Below, piece after piece: positions 16,835 through 24,418 of a stretch of 32,000 nt of DNA (position 1 is the first letter of the stretch; each line of letters opens with the position of its first letter). Origin of the DNA: Halogeometricum borinquense DSM 11551 (GTDB lineage: Archaea > Halobacteriota > Halobacteria > Halobacteriales > Haloferacaceae). Position numbers and translations under genes: made by a program. The stretch is taken from assembly GCF_000172995.2 (NCBI RefSeq), contig NC_014729.1:2040001-2072000 (forward strand), written 5' to 3'. The notes beneath the pieces are model-generated. The model saw only the letters and a list, made by a program, of their open reading frames with translations. It was not told where the DNA came from and searched no databases.

Positions 16835-17992
16835 TTACTTCCGTAGCGCTTCGACTGGCCGTTCCGTCGCGGCTTTCCACGCGGGATAGAGACCGCTCAG
16901 AACGCTCGTGACGATACCGAAGCCCACAGCGAGACCGATGTAGAGCAGGTTCTGTGGCGCGAACGTCAACCACGGGTTAGAGATGACGACCTGATTGAGG
17001 ATGAGGCCGGCGAACACGGCGAGGATAGCGCCGAAGAACCCGCCGACGAGCCCCAACAGCCCCGCTTCGGCAAGGATCATCCGAACCACGTCGAGTTTCT
17101 GCACGCCGACGGCGCGGAGGACGCCGATTTCCTGTCGGCGTTCGATGGTACTCATCAACATCACGTTCAGGATGCTGACGCCCGCGACGACGAGCGAGAT
17201 GGAACCGACGCCGATCAGGAAGGCGTTGAGGATGCCGAAGAACTGGTTGATTCCGTCCGTTATCGACCCCAGCTCGAACACCGTCACTTTCTCCTCGCGG
17301 TCGTTCAGTTCCTGACGAACCGCTACTGCCGTCTCGTTCGCCGCCTCGCTGGACGGTGTTTGGACGACCACTTGCGAGTAGCCCGACCCGTAGTTGTACC
17401 CACTGAATGACTTAACGGGAATCATGACCGCGCCGTTCGGGTTCAGAAGCGAGAATCCGTCCTGCTCTTCGAGGACACCGATGACGCGGAACGACTGGTT
17501 GCCGACGGTTATTCTGTTACCCGACTCTATTTCTAACTGGTCTGCGACCCGAGAGCCAACGAGTGCGCCCCGATGCAGACGTCCCGGGGCACGGCCGTCC
17601 GTCGCTTCGTACATCTCCCCCGGATTATCGATACCGTACACCGTCGATACCGTCTTCTTATCCCCGTAACTAAGCTCAGAATGCCGGGTTCTGACGGGGA
17701 CGACGGTCCCTTCGTCGGCAACGCGACGGATGTCAACGACATCCCGTTCCGTGAGGCGCTCGTATCCCTCTTGAGCGTTCGGAGAGATTCGTATCCCGTT
17801 ACCGATGTCGCCGAGTTGGTCGGTCGCACCCGCACGGAGTGTCGTCCCGAACATCCCCAACGAGGCGATAGCGAGGACGCCGATGATGATGCCGAGAGCG
17901 GCGAGCGCAGAGCGCAAGCGGTTCCGCGAGAGATTCCGTCGCGCCATGACGAGGGCGGGGAACCGGCGATACAGTCGTTCGAGGAGACTCAC
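16835..17992 (-). CDS. ABC transporter permease, MacB/FtsX type (N-terminal TM, large extracytoplasmic domain, three C-terminal TMs)
   Basis: 385-aa ORF with ARRNLSRNRLRSALAALGIIIGVLAI at the N-terminus, an extracytoplasmic domain of about 220 aa, and an FtsX-like C-terminal 3-TM bundle. The GTG start at 17992 overlaps the ATPase stop (GTGA). An alternative ATG lies at 17947. Confidence 0.85.
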   Translation of the reverse strand: MSLLERLYRRFPALVMARRNLSRNRLRSALAALGIIIGVLAIASLGMFGTTLRAGATDQLGDIGNGIRISPNAQEGYERLTERDVVDIRRVADEGTVVPVRTRHSELSYGDKKTVSTVYGIDNPGEMYEATDGRAPGRLHRGALVGSRVADQLEIESGNRITVGNQSFRVIGVLEEQDGFSLLNPNGAVMIPVKSFSGYNYGSGYSQVVVQTPSSEAANETAVAVRQELNDREEKVTVFELGSITDGINQFFGILNAFLIGVGSISLVVAGVSILNVMLMSTIERRQEIGVLRAVGVQKLDVVRMILAEAGLLGLVGGFFGAILAVFAGLILNQVVISNPWLTFAPQNLLYIGLAVGFGIVTSVLSGLYPAWKAATERPVEALRK

Positions 17993-18693
17993 GTCCCGTA
18001 CCCCTCTATGACCTGTTTTTCTTCTGTCAGCACGCCATCGACGAGGTTGACAACCCGGTCGGCGTACTCGCGGAGTTGGTCGTCGTGCGTGACGGCGATG
18101 ATCGCCACGTCTGCCTCGGTTTTGAGCTCCGTGAACAGTTCGAGTACGTCACGACCAGTCTCGCGGTCGAGATTCCCAGTCGGTTCGTCCGCCAGCAGGA
18201 TACGCGGTTCGTTGATAAGCGAACGCGCGATAGCGACGCGCTGTTTCTGTCCGCCGGAGAGCTGATCCGGTCGGTGGGTGAGTCTGTCGCCGAGGCCGAC
18301 GCGTTCGAGCAGTTCCGTCCCCCGCTCGCGGGCCTCAGGGTCGTTTTCGAACAGTGTCGGCATCTCGACGTTCTCCAAGGCCGACAGCGTCGGGATGAGA
18401 AAGAAGTTCTGGAAGACGAACCCGATAGCCCGCTTTCGCTGGGTCGTCATCTCCTCATCTGTGAGATCGGTTACGTCGCGCCCGTCGAGACGGATGACTC
18501 CTTCACTGGGAGCATCGAGGAGACCGATGACGTTCAGCATCGTGGACTTACCACTCCCGGACGGACCCATGATGGCGACGAATTCGCCGGGTTGAGCTGT
18601 GAAGTTTACATCTTTCAGGGCCTCGACAGTCTCGGTACCGCTTTCGTACCGCTTCCACACGTTTTCCAGTTCGATGATGGACATCGTAGTCAC
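17989..18693 (-). CDS. ABC transporter ATP-binding protein (MacB/LolD-like)
   Basis: Walker A GPSGSGKST, signature LSGGQKQRVAIARSL and Walker B ILLADEPTGNLD. The track start is a GTG at 18693 (GTGA overlap with the upstream stop). An alternative ATG at 18684 (MSIIELENV...) is preceded by GGTGA, 5 nt upstream. Confidence 0.9.
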   Translation of the reverse strand: MTTMSIIELENVWKRYESGTETVEALKDVNFTAQPGEFVAIMGPSGSGKSTMLNVIGLLDAPSEGVIRLDGRDVTDLTDEEMTTQRKRAIGFVFQNFFLIPTLSALENVEMPTLFENDPEARERGTELLERVGLGDRLTHRPDQLSGGQKQRVAIARSLINEPRILLADEPTGNLDRETGRDVLELFTELKTEADVAIIAVTHDDQLREYADRVVNLVDGVLTEEKQVIEGYGT

Positions 18694-20150
18694 CGCTGCT
18701 TGTAGGCGTAGACACTGACACCGACGACGAGGAGCATCGCCACCACTCCGCCGATGAGGAGGGGTATGGAGGGGAGTCCACCTCCGCTGCCGCCGTCGCT
18801 GCCACTATCCTGTTTGTTCTCCACTGGTCGCCTGATGAGGTCGCTTACGTCAACGTTCTTTCTCACCGTTCGCTCCGTGCCGTTCGAGAGGTACGTGACC
18901 GTAATCGGGACTGTTTCCGTTCCCGGCGTCACTTGAGCGGTGAGGTCGAATGTGGCGAAGTCGCTCGACGGGATGCTACCGACGAAGTACTCGGAGTTCG
19001 GGCGAACGGGCGTTACTGTCTCCGTCTTGATTGTCCGGATGGTAACACTATCGACCGTTTCAAGTCCGACGTTGCTGGCACTCCCCGTGATGTGCAGTTT
19101 TCCGCGCTGCATATTGTAATCGAGGCTGGTGAGTGCGACTCGGCCAGGGTTCGCGGAGTACTGGAACGTCGTCGTCGATTCGCTCGCTTGATCGCCCATG
19201 TGGTAGCCGACGCGAACGTCCAACGGTCCGCTTTCGATATCGGTGACGTTGAGTTTCACTGTCCGCGTCTGGTCAGAGGCGACTTCCTTCGCCGGGCGGC
19301 GCAACAGCACAGTATCATTACGCGACAGCTCGATAACCGGGTTCTCGAGCGGGGCGTTCCCGAGGTTCGAGATGTCTACTGCAACTGCGGGCTGGGCACC
19401 ACTGCCGGCGGTCGTCGCATCGACTTCCACGCTCTCGCGGAGTGGTTCCGTGTCCAGCGCCACCTTGTCATTGACCACTCGGGTGTTTCCGGTCGATGTC
19501 GTGTACTGGAGTTCCGCGTCCAGTTCGGCATCGGCTGACTGCGGCGTCACGGAGAAGTTGAACGTCCGCGACTCGTTTAGCTTCGCCAGCAAGCGCGTGT
19601 CATCTTCGACTTGGACGTCAGTTCCCGAGAGGGAGACGCGAACGCTTCTGGCTGGACTGTTCTCGCCGTTGACAGCCGTCACCTTCACCGTGTTCTCGGC
19701 GCCGACGACGACATCGCCGGTGGAAAGACTGACTTGCGGCCCGCTTTGTCGGACAGTGACGACAGCGGGATACTGCAGTTTGACGAGTTCGCCGCTGGCT
19801 CTGCGACCAACGACGTGAACACGCAGTTCGCGCGTGCCGGGATTCTCAAACGAGGCCGTCAGCGGAACCTTGATACTGGCACCCGGCGGGATGTTTCCGG
19901 GATTTTCCACGCGGCCGATTTCGTCTGTGGAACCCGGTCGCCGGATGTACACGTCCGTAATTTGGAAGCCACCGCTGCTCTGCTCACTGTTCTTGATCGT
20001 TGTTTGGATAGTAAACCGTTCACCGGGAACGGGATTCTTGGGCGAGACAGTCACGTCGGAGATATGCCCCGTCGTCGCGGCATCGACTAAGCCGACACCG
20101 GCAACGCTCGAGAGGACGATGAGGAGGGCAAGGGCACCTGCGCGTTTCAT
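18690..20150 (-). CDS. secreted, C-terminally membrane-anchored protein with about four beta-sandwich (CARDB / COG1361 S-layer-domain-like) repeats
   Basis: Trimmed to the ATG at 20150 (MKRAGALALLIVLSSVAGVGLVDA, a Sec-type signal peptide). The track ORF start at 20270 is a TTG that crosses the promoter region. It contains repeated modules of about 100 aa rich in T/V/S and several N-x-S/T sequons. It ends with a Gly/Ser linker plus a single C-terminal TM and a KQR tail, with no PGF-CTERM motif. Confidence 0.75.
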   Translation of the reverse strand: MKRAGALALLIVLSSVAGVGLVDAATTGHISDVTVSPKNPVPGERFTIQTTIKNSEQSSGGFQITDVYIRRPGSTDEIGRVENPGNIPPGASIKVPLTASFENPGTRELRVHVVGRRASGELVKLQYPAVVTVRQSGPQVSLSTGDVVVGAENTVKVTAVNGENSPARSVRVSLSGTDVQVEDDTRLLAKLNESRTFNFSVTPQSADAELDAELQYTTSTGNTRVVNDKVALDTEPLRESVEVDATTAGSGAQPAVAVDISNLGNAPLENPVIELSRNDTVLLRRPAKEVASDQTRTVKLNVTDIESGPLDVRVGYHMGDQASESTTTFQYSANPGRVALTSLDYNMQRGKLHITGSASNVGLETVDSVTIRTIKTETVTPVRPNSEYFVGSIPSSDFATFDLTAQVTPGTETVPITVTYLSNGTERTVRKNVDVSDLIRRPVENKQDSGSDGGSGGGLPSIPLLIGGVVAMLLVVGVSVYAYKQR

Positions 20151-20321
20151 GTAATCCAGATCAGATTTCCGCCTGGCAAGCAAAAAAAGTGCTGTATGTA
20201 TTGTGTCTCTATCACATAGTATTGTTATATTACAAACAGAAATGTTCCGGATACCAACGCGGAGGTGCAATCACTGAAGCGGCCGCGAGTTTTTATACGG
20301 ATACGGTACCAGCAAGGGATA
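20151..20321. promoter_or_regulatory. AT-rich divergent promoter region (ABC operon to the left, hel308 paralogue to the right)
   Basis: T7 on the minus strand at 20188..20182 lies -38..-32 from the ATG at 20150. TTTTTATA at 20290..20297 lies -32..-25 from the ATG at 20322. The central block at about 20186..20250 is visibly AT-rich and holds two GTATTGT copies 21 bp apart (20198..20204 and 20219..20225). It also holds the imperfect palindrome TTGTTATATTACAA. Confidence 0.5.
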
Positions 20322-22286
20322 ATGCACGTCCGGGACCTGCCACTCCCCGGCCGAATACTGGAGCACTACGAGTCACAGGGTATCGAGACGTTGTACCCAC
20401 CCCAAGTCGCCGCCGTCGAAGCCGGGGTTACCGAGGGAGAACGTCTCGTCGCCGCGATCCCCACCGCCTCGGGGAAGACCTTCATCGCCGAACTCGCCAT
20501 GCTCACGGCCGAGGGGCCTGCCCTCTACATCGTTCCGCTCCGCGCGCTCGCCCGCGAGAAGTACGAAACGTTCGCCGAATTACCGGGTGTCAGCGTCGGC
20601 ATCTCGACGGGCGACTTCGACTCGACGGACGAGGATCTGGCCGACAACGACATCGTCGTCGCCACCGCAGAGAAAGTCGATTCCGCCATCCGAACCGGCG
20701 CGCCGTGGATCGAATCGCTGGCTTGCGTCGTCGTTGATGAGGTCCACCTTCTCGGGTCCGACGGGCGCGGACCGACACTCGAAGTGACGCTTGCGACGCT
20801 CCAACGGCGCGCCCCAGGTCTCCAGATCGTTGCGCTCTCAGCGACGGTTGACAACCCCGAGGACATCGCCGACTGGCTAGATGCGGACTTGGTCGAGACG
20901 ACGTGGCGGCCCGTCTCCCTCCGGACGGGTGTCTACGCCGACGGTTCCGTGACGTTCGACGACGATTCCGCGCTCGGGATCGATGTCGAGCCCACAGGGC
21001 CGGACGACGACGACGCGACAGAGGCAACGGCGGCCCTCATCGCTGATGCCGTGGCCGATGGCGGGCAGTGTCTCGCCTTCGTTCGCTCCCGCCGGGAAGC
21101 GGAGTCGCTGGCGACCAGACTCGCCGATGAATCGCTCGCAGACGACTCGCTCGCCGGAGCGTCGCCGAACGACTGTGCCGAACTCGCCGACGAGGTGAGC
21201 GAAATCGGTGCAACGGAGACCGGATCACGACTGGCTGACGTCGTTGAATCCGGCGTCGCGTTCCACCATGCGGGAGTCCGAAGCGGGCACCGCGCCCTCG
21301 TGGAATCGGCGTTCCGTGAAAAGCGGCTGAAGGTCATCTGTGCGACGCCCACGCTGGCGGCGGGGGTGAACGTCCCGGCCCGCCGCGTAGTTATCCGCGA
21401 TCTGAAGCGCTACACCGGCGAGAAGATGACGTGGCTCCCGGTCCTCGAAGTCCATCAAATGTGCGGCCGCGCGGGGCGACCGCATCTCGACCCCTACGGC
21501 GAAGCCATTCTCGTGAACGACGGCGACGAGAGCGACACCGAGGAACTCTGGGAGCGGTACGTCACCGCCGAAGCGGAAGCCGTCGAGTCGAAACTCGCCG
21601 CGCGCGACGCTCTCCGGACGCACGTCCTCTCGGTGGTCGCATCCGGGTTTGCCGACTCCCGCGACGGCGTCGTTGACCTGTTGGACGCGACGTTCTTCGC
21701 CCACCAGTCGCCGGACGTAAACCGCGCCCGCCTCGTCGATTCCGTGGTCGAAGAACTCGCGGAGATGGAGATGCTCGACGACGGCGACGGGAACGGCCGA
21801 AAAGACAGACTCACCGCGACAGAGCTCGGCAGTGCTGTCTCCCGACAGTACGTCACACCCGTAACAGGCGCGCGACTGGTCGAAGGCGTACAAACGGCGG
21901 CTAGGATGGCAGACGAAAACGTCACCGAACTCACCGCCCTCGAAATCATCTGCGATACGCCGGACATGCACGGAACGTACCTCGGCAACCGTGAACGCGC
22001 GGCGATGTACCGATTCGCGAGCACGCACGCCGCGGAGTTCACGACGGACCTCGGTGCTGCTGAGAACTTCGAGGAGTGGCTCTGTGCTGTTAAACTCGCG
22101 CGCATCTTCGCAGACTGGACCGCGGGAGAATCCGTCGAAGCTATCGTAGAGAACTACCGCATCGGGCCGGGCGACCTGGAGGCCCGTCTGGAACGCGTCG
22201 AGTGGTTACTCGGTGCAGCGGACGCCATCGCCGACGTTGTCAACGCCGATTTGCCGGTGTTCAGAGAGGTCCGCGACCGTCTGTGA
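20322..22286 (+). CDS. hel308b: Ski2-like superfamily-2 DNA helicase, short Hel308 paralogue
   Basis: Trimmed to the ATG at 20322 (MHVRDLPLPGRILEHYESQGIETLYPPQ, a typical Hel308 N-terminus). The track start at 20265 is a GTG. Motifs are PTASGKT (I), VVVDEVH (II), SAT (III) and QMCGRAGRP (VI). At 654 aa it is clearly shorter than canonical haloarchaeal Hel308 (about 800 aa or more, from memory). Confidence 0.85.
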   Translation: MHVRDLPLPGRILEHYESQGIETLYPPQVAAVEAGVTEGERLVAAIPTASGKTFIAELAMLTAEGPALYIVPLRALAREKYETFAELPGVSVGISTGDFDSTDEDLADNDIVVATAEKVDSAIRTGAPWIESLACVVVDEVHLLGSDGRGPTLEVTLATLQRRAPGLQIVALSATVDNPEDIADWLDADLVETTWRPVSLRTGVYADGSVTFDDDSALGIDVEPTGPDDDDATEATAALIADAVADGGQCLAFVRSRREAESLATRLADESLADDSLAGASPNDCAELADEVSEIGATETGSRLADVVESGVAFHHAGVRSGHRALVESAFREKRLKVICATPTLAAGVNVPARRVVIRDLKRYTGEKMTWLPVLEVHQMCGRAGRPHLDPYGEAILVNDGDESDTEELWERYVTAEAEAVESKLAARDALRTHVLSVVASGFADSRDGVVDLLDATFFAHQSPDVNRARLVDSVVEELAEMEMLDDGDGNGRKDRLTATELGSAVSRQYVTPVTGARLVEGVQTAARMADENVTELTALEIICDTPDMHGTYLGNRERAAMYRFASTHAAEFTTDLGAAENFEEWLCAVKLARIFADWTAGESVEAIVENYRIGPGDLEARLERVEWLLGAADAIADVVNADLPVFREVRDRL

Positions 22287-22301
22287 ATCCGGGCGGATTT
22301 T
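22287..22301 (+). terminator. short hairpin plus T4 directly after the helicase stop
   Basis: ATCC-GGGC-GGAT followed by TTTT (the run at 22298..22301, whose first T, 22298, closes the stem). It starts 1 nt after the TGA at 22284..22286. The stem is weak (4-5 bp). Confidence 0.3.
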
Positions 22302-22316
22302 CGAGCGCAAGCGGAC

Positions 22317-22412
22317 GGCTGTGGGGGTACGGCGGTGTCGGATCGGATGGCTGTGAGGATACGGCGGTGTCGGATCGGATGGCTGTGAGGGTACGGCGTT
22401 GTGGGGACTGAA
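22317..22412. repeat. three tandem copies of a 32-bp G-rich unit (GGCTGTGAGGATACGGCGGTGTCGGATCGGAT)
   Basis: Units lie at 22317..22348, 22349..22380 and 22381..22412. Units 1 and 2 match at 30 of 32 positions. Unit 3 matches unit 2 at 24 of 32, and its 3' third is degenerate. Unit 2 has 15 G and 5 C on the plus strand. Confidence 0.9.
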
Positions 22413-22454
22413 TCGGGCGTCCGTACCGCGATTCGCCCCCGTTTCCCCGCCCGC

Positions 22455-22463
22455 TTTTATTAT
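22455..22463 (+). promoter_or_regulatory. TATA-like element for a leaderless rbcL transcript
   Basis: TTTTATTAT at -32..-24 relative to the ATG at 22487. Confidence 0.5.
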
Positions 22464-22486
22464 CCCTCCGTTCGTACTTCGTTGGC

Positions 22487-23749
22487 ATGGCTGGAATCAC
22501 CTACGAGGACTTCCTTGACCTATCGTACGAACCAGACGAGTCGGACCTCGTGTGTACGTTCCGCATCGCCCCCGCCGAGGGAATGGACGTGGAGGCGGCC
22601 GCCTCCCGTGTCGCAAGCGAATCCTCAAACGGGACGTGGGCCGCCCTTCCGACCGGCGAAGGCTTCACCGACATGGGGGCGACGACGTTCGATATCCGCG
22701 GGTCGGACGACAGCGCCGAAGTGGATGTTGCCTACCCAGCAGGCCTGTTCGAACCGGGGAGCATGCCCCAGATCCTCTCCTGCATCGCGGGGAACATCAT
22801 GGGCATGAAGGCCGTCGATACGATCCGGCTGGCCGACTGTCAGTGGCCCGAAGCACTCGTCAGCTCCTTTGCTGGCCCGCAGTTTGGATCGTCGGTCCGC
22901 GAAGAGATATTCGGCATCGAGGAAGATCGACCTATCCTCGCAACCGTCCCCAAGCCGAAAGTCGGCCTCTCCACTGACCGCCACGCGGAAGTCGGCTACG
23001 AGGCGTGGCTCGGCGGCGTGGACCTCCTAAAAGACGACGAGAACCTCACCGATCAGTCGTTCAACCCCTACCACGACCGCCTAGTCGAGAGCCTCGCCCT
23101 GCGAGACGACGCCGAAGACGAGACCGGCGAGAAGAAATCCTATCTCATCAACGTCACCGCCGACACGAACACGATGCTCGAACGTGTCGATCTGGCGGCC
23201 GAGGAAGGCTGTGAGTACGTGATGGTTGACGTGATAACGACCGGCTGGGCCGCTGTCCAGACGGTCCGCGAACGCTGTGAAGACCACGGCATCGCCATCC
23301 ACGCCCACCGCGCGATGCACGCCGCTTTCGACCGACTGGAAAACCACGGCGTCTCGATGCGCGTCCTCGCCCAGATTTCGCGCCTCTGCGGCGTTGACCA
23401 ACTGCACACCGGAACGGCAGGCCTCGGCAAACTCGCAAACGAAGACACCGTCGGCATCAACGACTGGATGCGCTCGGAGCTGTACGGCCTGAACGACGTG
23501 CTTCCGGTCGCCTCCGGCGGCCTGCACCCCGGTCTGATTCCGGATCTGCTCGACGCGACGGGGACGAACGTCTGCGTGCAGGCGGGCGGCGGCATCCACG
23601 GTCATCCGGACGGGACGCGAGCGGGTGCGGCGGCCCTCCGCGCGGCCGTCGATGGCTACGCCGCGGGCAAGAGCCTCGAAGAGTCGGCCGACGACAGTCC
23701 GGAACTGGCTACCGCTATCGACGAGTGGGGGACGGAGACGCCGCGGTAG
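22487..23749 (+). CDS. rbcL: ribulose-1,5-bisphosphate carboxylase, type III large subunit
   Basis: 420-aa ORF with RuBisCO active-site motifs VPKPKVGLS, DLLKDDENL (carbamylated lysine), HAHRAMHAA and GGGIHGHPDG. There is no small-subunit gene. It neighbours AMP phosphorylase and R15P isomerase genes, as in the archaeal AMP pathway. Confidence 0.92.
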   Translation: MAGITYEDFLDLSYEPDESDLVCTFRIAPAEGMDVEAAASRVASESSNGTWAALPTGEGFTDMGATTFDIRGSDDSAEVDVAYPAGLFEPGSMPQILSCIAGNIMGMKAVDTIRLADCQWPEALVSSFAGPQFGSSVREEIFGIEEDRPILATVPKPKVGLSTDRHAEVGYEAWLGGVDLLKDDENLTDQSFNPYHDRLVESLALRDDAEDETGEKKSYLINVTADTNTMLERVDLAAEEGCEYVMVDVITTGWAAVQTVRERCEDHGIAIHAHRAMHAAFDRLENHGVSMRVLAQISRLCGVDQLHTGTAGLGKLANEDTVGINDWMRSELYGLNDVLPVASGGLHPGLIPDLLDATGTNVCVQAGGGIHGHPDGTRAGAAALRAAVDGYAAGKSLEESADDSPELATAIDEWGTETPR

Positions 23750-23775
23750 GCGATTCAACCACCGGAATCGACGAA

Positions 23776-24378
23776 CTACTTCGGGAATTCGGTGCCCGCC
23801 GTCGCGTCGTCCGCGGCCGTCACCCCGGTCAGACTTCGATAGCCAGCGAGGGCGACGGCGACGACGACAGCACCGGACGTGTTGATAATGAGGTCGATGA
23901 TCGTGTCCACGACGTAGAAGCGGAGCGTCCAGTTGTACCAGAACGTCTTGAACACGAACTCGTACACCTCGAACCCGGAACCGATAGCGAGGACGGCGGG
24001 GATCAGCCACCACGTGGACTGTCCGGCGGCGACCGACCGGCGGTGCGTCATCGCCAGTATCGCGGCGACGCCGACGCCGCCCATCGCATGCGTGAGGAGG
24101 TCCCACCACGGCCGCGTCGTGTAGACACGGTAGTGGAGGCCGCCGAAGTGAAGGCCCGTGACGAGGACGGACCAAAGTGCGACGCCACACCACGCGGCTG
24201 TCGCCCGGTCACCGCGCGGGAGGTCACGTCGCAGTCGTCCGGCGAGTGCTCGCGGCCACGACAGGAGATTCCCGGGGAACCCGGGTGCTGTCACGGTGAC
24301 GTACGTCGCCACGAAAGCGAGAAGAAGCGACCCGACGCCGACGACGAGTCGCGGAGAGGTGTGCGGGAGCGAGGACAT
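23776..24378 (-). CDS. uncharacterised integral membrane protein (about 5 TM, 200 aa)
   Basis: Trimmed to the ATG at 24378 (MSSLPHTSPRLVVGVG...). TTTATT on the minus strand lies at 24409..24404 (-31..-26). The longer track ORF would overlap the isomerase gene. Polar residues sit in predicted TMs (DLLTHAMGG, GFEVYEF, DTIIDLIINTSG), with a faint VanZ-like flavour that I cannot confirm. Confidence 0.6.
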   Translation of the reverse strand: MSSLPHTSPRLVVGVGSLLLAFVATYVTVTAPGFPGNLLSWPRALAGRLRRDLPRGDRATAAWCGVALWSVLVTGLHFGGLHYRVYTTRPWWDLLTHAMGGVGVAAILAMTHRRSVAAGQSTWWLIPAVLAIGSGFEVYEFVFKTFWYNWTLRFYVVDTIIDLIINTSGAVVVAVALAGYRSLTGVTAADDATAGTEFPK

Positions 24379-24418
24379 CTCATCGAAACGAAATCTGACT
24401 CCGAATAAATCTCTTGTG

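Noticed and set aside
20186-20250. The AT-rich block as a replication-origin unwinding element.
   Set aside because: There is no orc1/cdc6 gene nearby, and I saw no ORB-type long inverted repeats flanking it. Its size and position fit an ordinary divergent promoter.
20151-20321. ORF-track extensions of the surface-protein gene (TTG at 20270) and the helicase gene (GTG at 20265), which cross each other in the divergent spacer.
   Set aside because: Both use non-ATG starts and encode hydrophobic or basic junk through an AT-rich promoter region. Convincing ATG starts with a signal peptide (20150) and a canonical Hel308 N-terminus (20322) lie downstream of TATA-like elements.
22317-22412. The possibility that the 32-bp repeats form a degenerate CRISPR array.
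   Set aside because: The units are directly tandem with no spacers. There are only three copies, no cas genes or leader, and the unit does not resemble haloarchaeal CRISPR repeats.
22410-23770. Matching hexamer inverted repeats flanking rbcL: GAATCG-N13-CGATTC at 22410..22434, and CGATTC-N8-GAATCG at 23751..23770.
   Set aside because: A given 6-mer is expected several times by chance in 32 kb. The arms are short and the spacing differs. The downstream copy may simply be a small hairpin in the 26-bp convergent gap.
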